Of a DNA stretch of 64,000 bases, positions 21,696 to 34,431 are shown piece by piece. The stretch is taken from the IMG/VR virus record IMGVR_UViG_3300035698_014118, positions 14,190 through 78,189 of that record. One strand, 5' to 3'. Origin of the DNA: a virus. The notes under the pieces are model-generated. The model had not been told where the DNA came from. It saw only the letters and a list, made by a program, of their open reading frames with translations, and made no database searches. The first letter of the stretch is position 1. Each line of letters begins with the position of its first letter. A program made the position numbers and the translations under genes.

Positions 21696-22217
21696 ATGTC
21701 TTATAATCATTTCAAACATAAATTTGCATATACCTGTCTTCAATGTGGAAGACAGGTTTCTTATGTTATAGCTCATTCTGGATGTCCAGAATGTAGTCAT
21801 TCTTTATTCAAAGTAGCTCGTAGAGGGACTGGTTATCCCAACGCATTTACTCCTCCTGATGAAGAAGAATTAAACCCATATAAACATGTTCCTATCATGA
21901 CTCCGGGTGATGAAGATGACGGCGGCGGTTTAGGAACTCGCGTAAGAGGCAAAGGGTTCCCGAAAGGTTGGACGGCAAACGATGAATATGAAGATCAACG
22001 CGATGATGATCTCCCAGAAGCCGATCATATGTTCATGGACGGTCCCCCGTGGGGCGAAGGAGTTAATGATGGTACATTTTATGATCCATCATCAGCACTA
22101 AGTAATGAACAAGCTACATCTGATGAACTATATAGAAAAACTCCTGTCGGTCCACATAATATGCAAAAAAATCGCAATGTTTTCGACAGAGTAAGAAAAC
22201 AACAGAGAGGAACGTAA
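21696..22217 (+). CDS. hypothetical Zn-ribbon protein
   Basis: CLQC..CPEC; likely start ATG 21696. Confidence 0.55.
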   Translation: MSYNHFKHKFAYTCLQCGRQVSYVIAHSGCPECSHSLFKVARRGTGYPNAFTPPDEEELNPYKHVPIMTPGDEDDGGGLGTRVRGKGFPKGWTANDEYEDQRDDDLPEADHMFMDGPPWGEGVNDGTFYDPSSALSNEQATSDELYRKTPVGPHNMQKNRNVFDRVRKQQRGT

Positions 22218-22218
22218 A

Positions 22219-22968
22219 ATGCCTAAAGTTAAGATTCCATCTACATTCAAAGGTGAGTTTCTATTCCCCGGTTCTGTTAATACCATGTTCGCTGGTCAGG
22301 TAAAGACACTAAGTGACAATGAATTTAATTCTGGCAATATACAACTTGCTATACAGCGAGGATTGCTAGAAGTAGTAGTAGAAGAAAAAGCCCCCAAAAA
22401 AAAAGTTAAAAAAGTAATTGCTGAAGATTTAGTCAAGAAACCGCGAGTTGCAGATGACGATGGTAATGATGTCGATCCAGAATATAAAGAAGACGATCCT
22501 ATTACAAACATGTCAACCTGGGACCCCGCTCAAGGACTTCTTGATAAAGATAAAAGTGGTTCTAAAACCATGAAAAATCTTAAAGCTACTGTAGCAGATT
22601 CTACTGTTTCAGAAGAAATTCAAGCTGGCGAAGTTGATTTCTCTAAAAAGTCGAAAAAGAAGACTACGAAAAAATCTACTGCAAAGAAGAAAGCTTCAAA
22701 GAAAAAAGCAACTACAAAGAAATCCGCAAAAAAAAAGAATACTAAGTCATTAAGCAAAGCTGCTAAAGCTGTAGCCGAAGTAGCCGAAGGCGCAAAAAAA
22801 CAAAGAAAGTCTTTGAATCCTGTTGGAACGAAGCGAAATAATAATGAAAGTTTAATTTCTGGCAATGAACCAGAAGGTATTGGCTTTGTAGATGAAGAAC
22901 AGGAGAAGGAAAGGTTACAGAATCATCCTGTATTGCGCGATGCTCAAATGAACGAAGAAGTAGACTAA
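22219..22968 (+). CDS. hypothetical protein with a Lys-rich histone-like segment
   Basis: KKKTTKKSTAKKKASKKK tract. Confidence 0.6.
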   Translation: MPKVKIPSTFKGEFLFPGSVNTMFAGQVKTLSDNEFNSGNIQLAIQRGLLEVVVEEKAPKKKVKKVIAEDLVKKPRVADDDGNDVDPEYKEDDPITNMSTWDPAQGLLDKDKSGSKTMKNLKATVADSTVSEEIQAGEVDFSKKSKKKTTKKSTAKKKASKKKATTKKSAKKKNTKSLSKAAKAVAEVAEGAKKQRKSLNPVGTKRNNNESLISGNEPEGIGFVDEEQEKERLQNHPVLRDAQMNEEVD

Positions 22969-22986
22969 TGCGTATAGTCGAATATA

Positions 22987-23805
22987 ATGGAAACGATTTG
23001 GGAAACATTGCAGAAAGAGCTTGCCGTTTACGGAATTAAGCTTGTTGATTCCGATCTATGCGAATGTACTAAATCGGGTAAAAAAGTTAAAATGCCGATC
23101 CGGTACAAGATTCGACTTCTAAACAAATCTATTAGACATAATATCTCTGTTCTTGAAGACTTGATCAATAGTCTTTTAGAGCTTTTAGAAGAACGAGCAG
23201 ATTGTAACTTCCCTTCAAACAAAATAGTTGATATCAGGGAAATTAATCTATTTGTAAATTCTATAACAAGCTTTGCTGATTTTGTAAAGTTCATATTAGA
23301 ACAATATGAAGAATGCATCACTGGTATAGATATAGAAAAAGCTAAGAGAACTATTCAATTAGCTTTAAACACTGACAGTAAATCATTTCAAAGACTAGCA
23401 ATCCAATGTGTACCTAGTTATAAAATATCTATTGATTGGATTCATAGAGTTGTTTGTCAACTTCATTACATTAAAAAACTGCTTAGGTTTGCATCAACTG
23501 GTCAGGAGAATGTAAATGGATTACAAACAAAATTTGCTGATGGAGTTCAGGGTCCATGGTCTAATCTTGATTTGCCAAGACAAGAAAGAGAATTTTCATG
23601 GACCGATATAGAAGAAGAAGTAAGAGGCAGAGATCGCGATATCCGCAGACAACGAAGATATAGAATGGGATTAGAAAATTACAATAACGATGGTCGTGTA
23701 GGAGACGGGTACAATTGGAGAGAAATAAGGAACGAACCGTTTTCATGGAATGACAGAAGTACTGATAGTCCTTATCCTGGCAGGAGTATACTTTCAAAGT
23801 ATTAA
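22987..23805 (+). CDS. hypothetical protein
   Basis: ORF in operon. Confidence 0.6.
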   Translation: METIWETLQKELAVYGIKLVDSDLCECTKSGKKVKMPIRYKIRLLNKSIRHNISVLEDLINSLLELLEERADCNFPSNKIVDIREINLFVNSITSFADFVKFILEQYEECITGIDIEKAKRTIQLALNTDSKSFQRLAIQCVPSYKISIDWIHRVVCQLHYIKKLLRFASTGQENVNGLQTKFADGVQGPWSNLDLPRQEREFSWTDIEEEVRGRDRDIRRQRRYRMGLENYNNDGRVGDGYNWREIRNEPFSWNDRSTDSPYPGRSILSKY

Positions 23806-23810
23806 AAAAA

Positions 23811-24230
23811 ATGGAAAAAATAAATCAATCAATTGTAGACATTTTTCTACAACACTTAGAGATGGTTAAGAAGAATACGAATAAAAGTGGCGATCTAGGA
23901 AATGAAGCCGCAATGAATTTGTATAAGGTGTGGAAGAATCAAGAAAACAAATTGTCTGATACTATATACAAAAGACCTGTAACTATGTCTCTTGAAGAAA
24001 TAAATAATCTACAAAAAAGTGGACTAGTACGTAATCTCGGAGACAGGTTTGAAGTTACTGCTAAAGGTGCAAAGATAATTAAAATCATGATATTGGGCGA
24101 TGACGGTTCTGTCTTTGATAAAAATAAAAGCCAAATAACTTATGCTGAAGCCGTTGCTAATACAAAAGAGCGTTCTATTAAGACATCTAAGAAACAAGAA
24201 GATAGCTGGTGGACGCAAGCTTTAAAATAA
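23811..24230 (+). CDS. hypothetical protein (possible winged helix)
   Basis: LQKSGLV..FEVTAKGAKI. Confidence 0.5.
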   Translation: MEKINQSIVDIFLQHLEMVKKNTNKSGDLGNEAAMNLYKVWKNQENKLSDTIYKRPVTMSLEEINNLQKSGLVRNLGDRFEVTAKGAKIIKIMILGDDGSVFDKNKSQITYAEAVANTKERSIKTSKKQEDSWWTQALK

Positions 24231-24232
24231 CT

Positions 24233-24637
24233 ATGTCTATAACGATATTACTTTTTGATAAAGAAGAAAACAGTACCAATAAGGTCAAGGTTGAAAAAAA
24301 GCTTCTTTGGTATGACAATGACTATCACGAAATGCTTACTTTTAAAGGTGGAGCATTAGATTTAGTTCATAAAGTTTTTGATAAAAAGCGTAAAAGGTTT
24401 GTTCCTAAAGTAATAGATATTTTTGAAAATACTAATAGTAGAATTAAAAGTAAGAAAGCTTTGTTGGATTGGTTTGATAAGTATTCTGGATATAACCCAA
24501 TAAAAGCCTCTGAAGCAGAACCTACATCAGATGGAGTATTGATATCTTTAGCTGATAATACAACTAGGGATAAAGAAGAAATAGATAATTTTATTTACGA
24601 GTTGGAAAGAAACAATATCAAGTATAGGATCGAATAA
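24233..24637 (+). CDS. hypothetical protein
   Basis: ORF in operon. Confidence 0.5.
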   Translation: MSITILLFDKEENSTNKVKVEKKLLWYDNDYHEMLTFKGGALDLVHKVFDKKRKRFVPKVIDIFENTNSRIKSKKALLDWFDKYSGYNPIKASEAEPTSDGVLISLADNTTRDKEEIDNFIYELERNNIKYRIE

Positions 24638-25002
24638 TGTTATATGTAGAAGTGGCAGAGACACCACATCAACTTGAAACTGGACTTATGTTCAGAACTA
24701 CATTAGCTGAAGACAGTGGGATGCTATTTAAGTTTTCTAGACCCGATGTAAGAAACTTTTGGGGTATGAATACTTATATTCCTTTAGACATAGCTTTTGT
24801 TTCTGAAGATGGAAAAATCATTAAGATTGATAGAATATCTCCATTTTCCTCTAGAGCCGTATCCAGTGATTCCGATTGTGTTATAGCTATAGAAGCAAAT
24901 GAAGGTTTCTTCATTAAAAATGACATTGGTATAGGCGATGCGATTTCAATAGATAATGATGACATCGGTTCTATTGTTTTGTTTGAAAAAAACAAAGGAT
25001 AA
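24637..25002 (+). CDS. DUF192 (COG1430) family protein
   Basis: VEVAET..GLMFR..GMLF..FWGMNTYIPLDIAF..AIEANEG. Confidence 0.85.
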   Translation: MLYVEVAETPHQLETGLMFRTTLAEDSGMLFKFSRPDVRNFWGMNTYIPLDIAFVSEDGKIIKIDRISPFSSRAVSSDSDCVIAIEANEGFFIKNDIGIGDAISIDNDDIGSIVLFEKNKG

Positions 25003-25029
25003 ACCGGTCTTTTTTTTTACCTTATACCA

Positions 25030-25548
25030 GTGAAGAATATAGCTACTAAAAAATACGTTAAATGGGTTCAAGCTCAAAGAATCATCGATTGGGATGATCC
25101 TGACGCTGGACCTGTAAATATAAACGAATTTTTTGTAGATCAAGAAGAAGCTGATCTTCCTGTTATACGAGAAGAAGATTTAGGGCAAATACTTGAAGAC
25201 GATTTAGAACTTGGAGAAGAAGCAGTACCTGAAGGTGCACCAGTTACTGACGTAAAACCAGAAGTACCACCAGAAGATAGACCACAATTTAATAATAAGC
25301 ATGAAGCTTTAGCTTGGGCCGAAGATAATAATGAGGTTGTTGAAATAAATTATACGACTAAAGGTGGTACTAACTTAATAAGAGAAGTAGAACCTCATGG
25401 TAAATTCTATGCTCATACAACGCATAGAAATATACTTGTAACTTTTGATAGATCGATAAATGCTATAAGGGCATTTATTATTAAAAACGTGAATACTTTG
25501 GATTTTACTGGAAAGAGGTTCCAGAAAAAGTTTGTAGTTAAAAGTTAA
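25030..25548 (+). CDS. WYL-domain protein
   Basis: VVEINYTTKGG..REVEPH..AIRAFII. Confidence 0.6.
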   Translation: MKNIATKKYVKWVQAQRIIDWDDPDAGPVNINEFFVDQEEADLPVIREEDLGQILEDDLELGEEAVPEGAPVTDVKPEVPPEDRPQFNNKHEALAWAEDNNEVVEINYTTKGGTNLIREVEPHGKFYAHTTHRNILVTFDRSINAIRAFIIKNVNTLDFTGKRFQKKFVVKS

Positions 25549-25558
25549 GGGAGAAGTT

Positions 25559-27016
25559 ATGGAAAATACAATATCGAGTCTAGTACGTCTGGCGGATACG
25601 CTAGACCAAAAAGGCTTTGTCAAAGAAGCCGTTCGTATAGACAACATAGCAACCAATCTCCATAAAGTAAAAGTTGCCCAATACGTAGGCGTTCAAGGAT
25701 ATTGGATAAGAAACGAAAGATGTTGGAGCAACTGTTACCGAATTAAGAGAGCCAACAAGCCTAGTTTGGCTGCTCAAGAAGTTTGGAGAGAATGTCAAAA
25801 CGAATACGTTGATTCTGTCAATGATGGCGGAACGACAGACTGGGATAAATATGCAAACGAAGAAAACAGTGTTCTACAGAAATTTTCATCTTCTAAAGAA
25901 GTTATAGAAGTAATAGAAGCTGAAGCTAGAGCATTCAGGCAAGAAGTAAATAAGAAGGTTTCTTCTGGTATTAAATTTCCTGTAGCGGTTTATGCTACTA
26001 TCAATGAAAACATTGAAAAGTATCAAAGTGATATGATGCAAGAAGCATCTGATTTACTTAAAGTTGCTAATTTGGTTAAAGAAGTAGACGAAAATACCTC
26101 TAATACTCTTTCAACTATTTCAACACAGATAACGAAAGAAGCCCAATTTGGTGCTTTGCAACAAGATGGTGGTAAGGGGCTATTCACCGCTCCTTTTGAA
26201 GCGTGGCGAGGTAGAAAAAGTGAAGGAGAGTGGAAAAATCTACTGAGCCGAATTAAAAGAACAACAAAAGCTATTGATGATACTTTTAATAATTTTAGTA
26301 TCCAGCAGATGAATACTTTAGCTCAAGAATTAATGAAAGAACAATCTGAATTATCTCAAATTGCAGCTAAAACAAAATCTGATAAGGTTAAGCAACTTGT
26401 TCCAACAATGCGTAATATGATTACGCAATTTTTCAGTGATGCAAAATCGTCTAGAAATCCCAGAGGTTCTTTAAGTAGATTTAAAAACAACATGGATACG
26501 ATGTTAATGAATGCATCAACGATTGATCCTAGCGGGATTGATCCAAATGCACAAGAACAATCTCCTGTTTCTCGCAGACCGGGAGAACGACCTTCTTCTA
26601 CAGAAGCCCCAGTAGTAGAAGGACCAGCAGTAGAAGATGCATCGGTAGAAGAGTCCACTGCTACGGATGCAGAATTAACCGATCCTATCAACCAACTTTC
26701 TGATGTAAGTAATTCAAACTATAATCCAGATTTAGACCCAGAAGTTGAACAAAACATACATGGATGGGAGGGACAAGAATCTGCTGGTGATGTTATAACA
26801 GAAGAAGCTAAAGCAGCATATACTGGTCCTGATGCAGCAGAAACACCAGAAACAGACATATCGGAATTAGCAAGACAAGAAACATTTTTAGAACCTAAGA
26901 TGATAATGAATAAAGTACAAGAGTTAGCTGCTTCAGGCGATCCACAAGTGGCTAAACTTGGTGGCTGGTCTCATGTTATACAGCTACTAAAGAAACTAGA
27001 TGTTTTGCCTAAATAA
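25559..27016 (+). CDS. hypothetical virion-associated protein
   Basis: LVRLADTLDQKGFVKEA..ID start; KVAQ and KEAQ motifs. Confidence 0.6.
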   Translation: MENTISSLVRLADTLDQKGFVKEAVRIDNIATNLHKVKVAQYVGVQGYWIRNERCWSNCYRIKRANKPSLAAQEVWRECQNEYVDSVNDGGTTDWDKYANEENSVLQKFSSSKEVIEVIEAEARAFRQEVNKKVSSGIKFPVAVYATINENIEKYQSDMMQEASDLLKVANLVKEVDENTSNTLSTISTQITKEAQFGALQQDGGKGLFTAPFEAWRGRKSEGEWKNLLSRIKRTTKAIDDTFNNFSIQQMNTLAQELMKEQSELSQIAAKTKSDKVKQLVPTMRNMITQFFSDAKSSRNPRGSLSRFKNNMDTMLMNASTIDPSGIDPNAQEQSPVSRRPGERPSSTEAPVVEGPAVEDASVEESTATDAELTDPINQLSDVSNSNYNPDLDPEVEQNIHGWEGQESAGDVITEEAKAAYTGPDAAETPETDISELARQETFLEPKMIMNKVQELAASGDPQVAKLGGWSHVIQLLKKLDVLPK

Positions 27017-27100
27017 ATAAAGGATATTTGTAGAAACTTAACTAAATAATAGTAATTAAGGAATGCCTTTGGATAAAGGCGGAAATATAGGAGTATTATC

Positions 27101-27679
27101 ATGGTAAAACTTTACACAGGAAAAATCCCGACAAAGGGAACGAGTTTCGAAGATTTTGTTAAGAAAGTAACTGGCGGAAACGAAGTTAAGACCGCATCTG
27201 TTAAAGAGGCAGAAGTAAAGACGGCTGAAGAGGCAGAAGAAGCAGAAACCAGCGGACAACCACAGGCAGAAGCTAAGTTAGTCAATGTTCCTGATAAGGA
27301 AGAGGGCAAAGCTCAGGATAGTGGTTCTGATAATTCTGAAGGCGAAACCAGCGGACAACCACAGGCAGAAGCAAAGCTAGTTAATACGCCGGAAGTAAAG
27401 AAAGACGCTGAAGTAGAAGACGAAGAGACCAAAGAAGCTAACGCTGACAACTTTGGCGATAAGAAAGCCGAACCGTTTGGCAAGAAGACCGACGACGACG
27501 ATGACAAGGATGATAAAGATGATGACGAAGAGAAGAAAGAAGAGAAGAAAGAAGCCGTATCAAAGCCTGGTTTCGTAAGATTAGCAAAGCTTAATCCACA
27601 GACTAAGGGATGGCTGAGAGATTACTGGCGTAACATTTATCCGTCAGACTATGTAGATGCAATGCTCGCAGACAAGTAA
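27101..27679 (+). CDS. acidic hypothetical protein with a duplicated ETSGQPQAEAKLVN repeat
   Basis: RBS AGGAG; internal direct repeat. Confidence 0.65.
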   Translation: MVKLYTGKIPTKGTSFEDFVKKVTGGNEVKTASVKEAEVKTAEEAEEAETSGQPQAEAKLVNVPDKEEGKAQDSGSDNSEGETSGQPQAEAKLVNTPEVKKDAEVEDEETKEANADNFGDKKAEPFGKKTDDDDDKDDKDDDEEKKEEKKEAVSKPGFVRLAKLNPQTKGWLRDYWRNIYPSDYVDAMLADK

Positions 27680-27708
27680 TCGTTACTTACTATAAAGGAT
27701 AAAATGTT

Positions 27709-28458
27709 ATGAGGATTGTACCCTCTGGCCAAAAACGCGAAATGGTGGCTCAGTCTTTTAGTGAGGCTGCACCAGATTTCAATAATGATATCCTTGGCGC
27801 ACCGACAGGGATGGGAGCAGAAGCTCCCTCCCTGCCTGCGCCTAATAATGGAGATCAATCTCTAGACCCAGAATCGTTAGACCCAGAATCGTTAGGTTTA
27901 GAAAAAGAAGAAGAACCTACGCAAAAAGAAGCAGACATAAAAGAATATGTTTTCAAGAAGTTAGAAGCTTTTGGATACCCTCCAAGAAGACTAGAAGAAT
28001 TCGAAGACGACTTCGTAACGGAGAAGATATATCCCGGTGAAGCTAGGGAAGTAGTTATCGTGATGCCAGACAGGTATTACGGTACTAGAAAAAGTATCAG
28101 TAGTGGAGACTTCAAAAAGATTATTCAAGAGATACAAAGTCAGTTCGGATTGTCTTTCGTAGAAGCAGAAAGAAAAGACAAAAGAATTGAAATCAAGTTC
28201 TCATCTCAAACAGAATCAGATGTAGAAGAAGAACCTGTAGCAGATGAGTTGGATGAGATTTATGGTGGAGGTGCAGGAAAAGGTGGCGGTAAGAAGAAAG
28301 CTAAAGGAAAACCGAAGCAGATAGACCCTGCTAAAGCTTCTATCGCTGGTGCTGAGGAATCTTCTAAGAAATATGCTGAGCTAAGTAGCCGATTAAACAG
28401 TGATGACATTAGCGACCTTTACCAGAAGCTGAATCCTCAAAAATTAACGGAGAAATAA
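27709..28458 (+). CDS. hypothetical protein
   Basis: ORF with RBS. Confidence 0.6.
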   Translation: MRIVPSGQKREMVAQSFSEAAPDFNNDILGAPTGMGAEAPSLPAPNNGDQSLDPESLDPESLGLEKEEEPTQKEADIKEYVFKKLEAFGYPPRRLEEFEDDFVTEKIYPGEAREVVIVMPDRYYGTRKSISSGDFKKIIQEIQSQFGLSFVEAERKDKRIEIKFSSQTESDVEEEPVADELDEIYGGGAGKGGGKKKAKGKPKQIDPAKASIAGAEESSKKYAELSSRLNSDDISDLYQKLNPQKLTEK

Positions 28459-28459
28459 T

Positions 28460-29110
28460 ATGGTTGACAGGGTATCAAATGAAAAGAGCATTGATTTTCT
28501 ATCCAAAGCACTTGGAGTAGAGAATAAAGAACAGGTTGCGAAACCTGTCGAGAATACCAAGAAAGCTGAAGCAAAACCGATGATAGGACAGCAGAATCTG
28601 GACACAAGAAATATGGAAGGTAAGGGAGCTAGCGTAAGCTCAGCTACTTCTGGCAAAATTACTAACTATGGTGGTCCCAAAAAGCAAATGCAGTCTGAAA
28701 CATCAAATAGCATTTGGGATTCTAATGCTCTTGGTAAGTTACATGAATCACAGGATAATAAAGAAAAGACAATTAAAGAGAGAGAACAAATAGATCATTT
28801 GAAAAAGAGTATGAAGCAAGGAAGACTAGATGACATGGTTGAATCTTTGCATAATACTGATACAAGAAAAAGTTCTACAGTTTCTGGTATGGCGGCTCAT
28901 TCTGGATCGAACTATCAGAAGCCTCAGAATGGAATCAGTATATTCGACTCTAATACTGATTTTGAAAGAGTTCCAGAACAGACTCACGGCGAGAAGATAG
29001 CAGAAGAAGCCAGACAACCTAAAGAGAAAGATGATTCTTGGCAGAAAGTATCTACTAAGAGAATGAAAGATTCTATTAACAGCCTATTCGACAATTTGAA
29101 TAAGGAATAA
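28460..29110 (+). CDS. hypothetical protein
   Basis: ORF with RBS. Confidence 0.6.
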   Translation: MVDRVSNEKSIDFLSKALGVENKEQVAKPVENTKKAEAKPMIGQQNLDTRNMEGKGASVSSATSGKITNYGGPKKQMQSETSNSIWDSNALGKLHESQDNKEKTIKEREQIDHLKKSMKQGRLDDMVESLHNTDTRKSSTVSGMAAHSGSNYQKPQNGISIFDSNTDFERVPEQTHGEKIAEEARQPKEKDDSWQKVSTKRMKDSINSLFDNLNKE

Positions 29111-29112
29111 TT

Positions 29113-30432
29113 TTGAATAAACTGTCACAACAATATACTACAGATTTAGATCAGCTTATTGAAGAGTTGAAATTAACAGGTCTTCAGGTACCAAATAATT
29201 TTGCAAATATGCAACCAGCAGAAGTCATGGCTTGGACTGAAGAATTAGCTGCTGATGCAAATACGACTGATGAAGTAGCAAACAAAATTAGAGATTTTTC
29301 GAATATACATAATCAAGTTGCTCAGCAACAGGCTAATTTTATGGAAGGTGGAGAAACAACTGGTCCGGGTTATACCGGTCCTACTATTGGTTCCACAAAA
29401 CCGTTTAATTTCAAAAAAGCTCAGTTGCTGGATGAAATACAAGAAGAACAGATGGGCGACCCATTGGGCGATCCTATGTTAGATGATTCGTTTGATGAAG
29501 AATTAGACGTAGGATTAGATGACGAAGAAATGAAGTTTAAAGATGGATCAGATTTAAAAGATTGGCTAGATCAACAAGAACCTGCTCAAGCTATAGAAAA
29601 ATTAACAAGTATATCTATCGATGAGCCTGTTATAGATACTCATGCGGACAACGATGTAGTTGATCCCATAGAAATAATTAAAGGCGGTATTCAAAGATTT
29701 TACTCAGAACCAGATCATGAGAGGTTAAGAATAGCTATGGAAATTTTCGATATTCTACCGAATTCAGTAAAAGTCCAAGAGTCTGATCAGGAAGCTGTCA
29801 TTGACGCTCCTTTCGAGACTCAAGAAATAGAAAATTTTGCGAATGATATTATGAATCGCATAAAGAAAATGGCCGAATCTTCTGTAGAAAAAGAAGTAAA
29901 GCCATTTAACATGAACAAAACTGCTCAGGCAAAGACCATAGAGAATACAATTATGTATGGTCCTAGCGAAAAAAGAATAGACCCGTTTGCACGACAGCCT
30001 GTATCTGATTGGAATGTTATTGAAAGAAACAAAGGTTTTGGACTAGTAGTTGATGATGTTTGGAATATAGATTGGGAAACAATTTGGCGCGGTACGGTAA
30101 TGGACAAGTACAGTCGTGCATATCGCGATAAAGATGGCAATTGGGTTGGCGGTTATATTCAAAAGAGATTTGAAGTAGATAAATGGATTCCAGAATATAA
30201 CAATTACCAGTTGAAGCCGGGCCAGTTAAGAAAACCAAGACTTCCAGAATTAGGCACTATAGAATCGCGTATGGAAGCAATGCGAGAAGGTAAGGGTATT
30301 AATAAGCCTGTTTCGATGTCAACTGGCGAAGAATACAAACCTGTTTCTATAGGCGAGTCGAAAGGTGATTCTTATAACTGGCAGAAATCTAAATTCAATA
30401 AGATCACTGGCGCAAAAAAAAAAGTAACGTAA
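29113..30432 (+). CDS. hypothetical head-module protein ending at an A10G slippery site
   Basis: TTG start; FNFKKAQ and FNMNKTAQ motifs. Confidence 0.65.
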   Translation: MNKLSQQYTTDLDQLIEELKLTGLQVPNNFANMQPAEVMAWTEELAADANTTDEVANKIRDFSNIHNQVAQQQANFMEGGETTGPGYTGPTIGSTKPFNFKKAQLLDEIQEEQMGDPLGDPMLDDSFDEELDVGLDDEEMKFKDGSDLKDWLDQQEPAQAIEKLTSISIDEPVIDTHADNDVVDPIEIIKGGIQRFYSEPDHERLRIAMEIFDILPNSVKVQESDQEAVIDAPFETQEIENFANDIMNRIKKMAESSVEKEVKPFNMNKTAQAKTIENTIMYGPSEKRIDPFARQPVSDWNVIERNKGFGLVVDDVWNIDWETIWRGTVMDKYSRAYRDKDGNWVGGYIQKRFEVDKWIPEYNNYQLKPGQLRKPRLPELGTIESRMEAMREGKGINKPVSMSTGEEYKPVSIGESKGDSYNWQKSKFNKITGAKKKVT

Positions 30433-30452
30433 AAGAAGCTCAGCTTCGACCT

Positions 30453-30953
30453 ATGGGCGATCCATTTGCAGACAAATCTAGAAAGCCCAAAGGCTCTAAA
30501 TGGTTAGAACCTGATCAATCTGTGTCCCCAGACATAGTATGTACTATATGCGGTTCTCAACTACCTTCTATATCTCCCGGTGATGGCAAATGCCCTAATT
30601 GTGGTAGCGACTACAACGAAAGCAAAAAGATAGTCGGTATCAATAATAAAGCTCCTGATCCAAGAGGGAAGCAGAGAAATCCGTATGGTAATACTAAGCA
30701 ACTTATTGTTCCTAATACAGCGTTAGCTGGAACGGATTTTATTTATGATGGAAAATCTGACAAGTTCATGGTTATGTCAGAAATAGATATAGCAGATGGT
30801 AAAAAGAAAAAAGATAAAACTGATGAAAAGAAAAATAAAGTTTTTGAATCAGAAGAGTTCAAACAATTAATAGGACCAAGCGATGACTTGACAAATAATG
30901 ACGATAATCCAGATATAGAACAAACCATGAAAGATTTAGCCTTTGATGGTTAA
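30453..30953 (+). CDS. Zn-ribbon protein; possible -1 frameshift extension of the upstream gene
   Basis: CTICG..CPNCG; frame open back through the A10 run; no clear RBS. Confidence 0.55.
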   Translation: MGDPFADKSRKPKGSKWLEPDQSVSPDIVCTICGSQLPSISPGDGKCPNCGSDYNESKKIVGINNKAPDPRGKQRNPYGNTKQLIVPNTALAGTDFIYDGKSDKFMVMSEIDIADGKKKKDKTDEKKNKVFESEEFKQLIGPSDDLTNNDDNPDIEQTMKDLAFDG

Positions 30954-30968
30954 TGCGAAAGGTGAATT

Positions 30969-33235
<2,267 letters not shown>

Positions 33236-33236
<1 letters not shown>

Positions 33237-33700
33237 TGGAAGACAAAAAAGCATTTAATTTAAAAAACGCTAGATCGTATACGCCTCCTAAATCACCTGG
33301 AAAAAGTAGAAAAAGAATACGAGACAGAGGTATTCGATGGAAAGAACAATATCATGATCGTTCTTTACCATTAAAGAAACGCTTCGATAAAGCAGTTGGT
33401 CCGGGTGCTTACCATAGATGGGAAGGACATGATTATACAACTGACTCTGATTATTTTATTGTAGTAGGACCAGCTATACAGAAGTACGGAGATAAATCGT
33501 TTTTTGCAGGTATTAAAAAATACCCTCCTAAATGGGAACGGAAGAAGACTTATGCCCCTAGCGGAAAATATTTTACCAACATATTGTCTGCTTTAAGCCA
33601 CGCTAGCAAGATGTGGGGGGTAACTTTCCCAGAAGATCAAAAAGACTACTCTACTGAAGAATTAGCCAATGTAGATATTCCTAGACATATGAAAGCATAA
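33236..33700 (+). CDS. hypothetical protein
   Basis: AFNLKNA start motif. Confidence 0.6.
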
Positions 33701-33795
33701 TTTAATATGTTTTAAGAAGGAATCATGTCTTTAAATAAAAATAGCATAACTATACATATAGTATGTTTATTTTATTCAGAAGGGTAATTTTTTAT

Positions 33796-34200
33796 ATGGT
33801 AAAAAAAGAAATTGAATCTGCTACCGGAAAAATCATTACCCGGCAAACCGGTATCAGTATCGGTATTTTGTTACTTCTGATAATGCCCTTGATTAGTGCT
33901 TGTATTTTTATAGCTTCTTCTAATCAAAGAATTAAAGTTCTTGAAAATGAAGTTACTGTTTTGAGTACAAAATTAGAAGAACATTCAAAATTAGGAGTTA
34001 ACGGGATACCTCACCCTCAAGGGATAAAGGCAGAAATAGAAAAAGTAAGAAACGAATTATATTTAAGAACAAGAAGCAGGTGGACCGATGCAGATGACGA
34101 ACATTTTATGCATATGTACACAAATAAAAATAATCTAGAGATGGTAGAGCACAAAAACATTGTGCCAATTAATGAAAACGGCCCGCGAGGCCGAGATTAA
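33796..34200 (+). CDS. membrane-anchored coiled-coil protein
   Basis: One TM segment followed by a coiled coil. Confidence 0.5.
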   Translation: MVKKEIESATGKIITRQTGISIGILLLLIMPLISACIFIASSNQRIKVLENEVTVLSTKLEEHSKLGVNGIPHPQGIKAEIEKVRNELYLRTRSRWTDADDEHFMHMYTNKNNLEMVEHKNIVPINENGPRGRD

Positions 34201-34214
34201 CGAGGGTCAAATTA

Positions 34215-34415
34215 ATGGGAATCGTTATATTAGCGACAATTTTAGGGACGGGCGCAGGCGTTGTAGGTCTTACTGCATTATCGATGGCCCCTGCCGGGTG
34301 TTCTTTATATAAAATGGTTGGTATGCCAGAATATAAAAACTCCTTACAAAAAGTGTCAGTTATAACTGCTGTTTTAACGACATTAGCAGTGTTGATAACA
34401 ATTATATTGGTTTAA
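34215..34415 (+). CDS. small two-TM membrane protein
   Basis: Two hydrophobic segments. Confidence 0.45.
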   Translation: MGIVILATILGTGAGVVGLTALSMAPAGCSLYKMVGMPEYKNSLQKVSVITAVLTTLAVLITIILV

Positions 34416-34431
34416 TTAGTGAGGAAATCGT

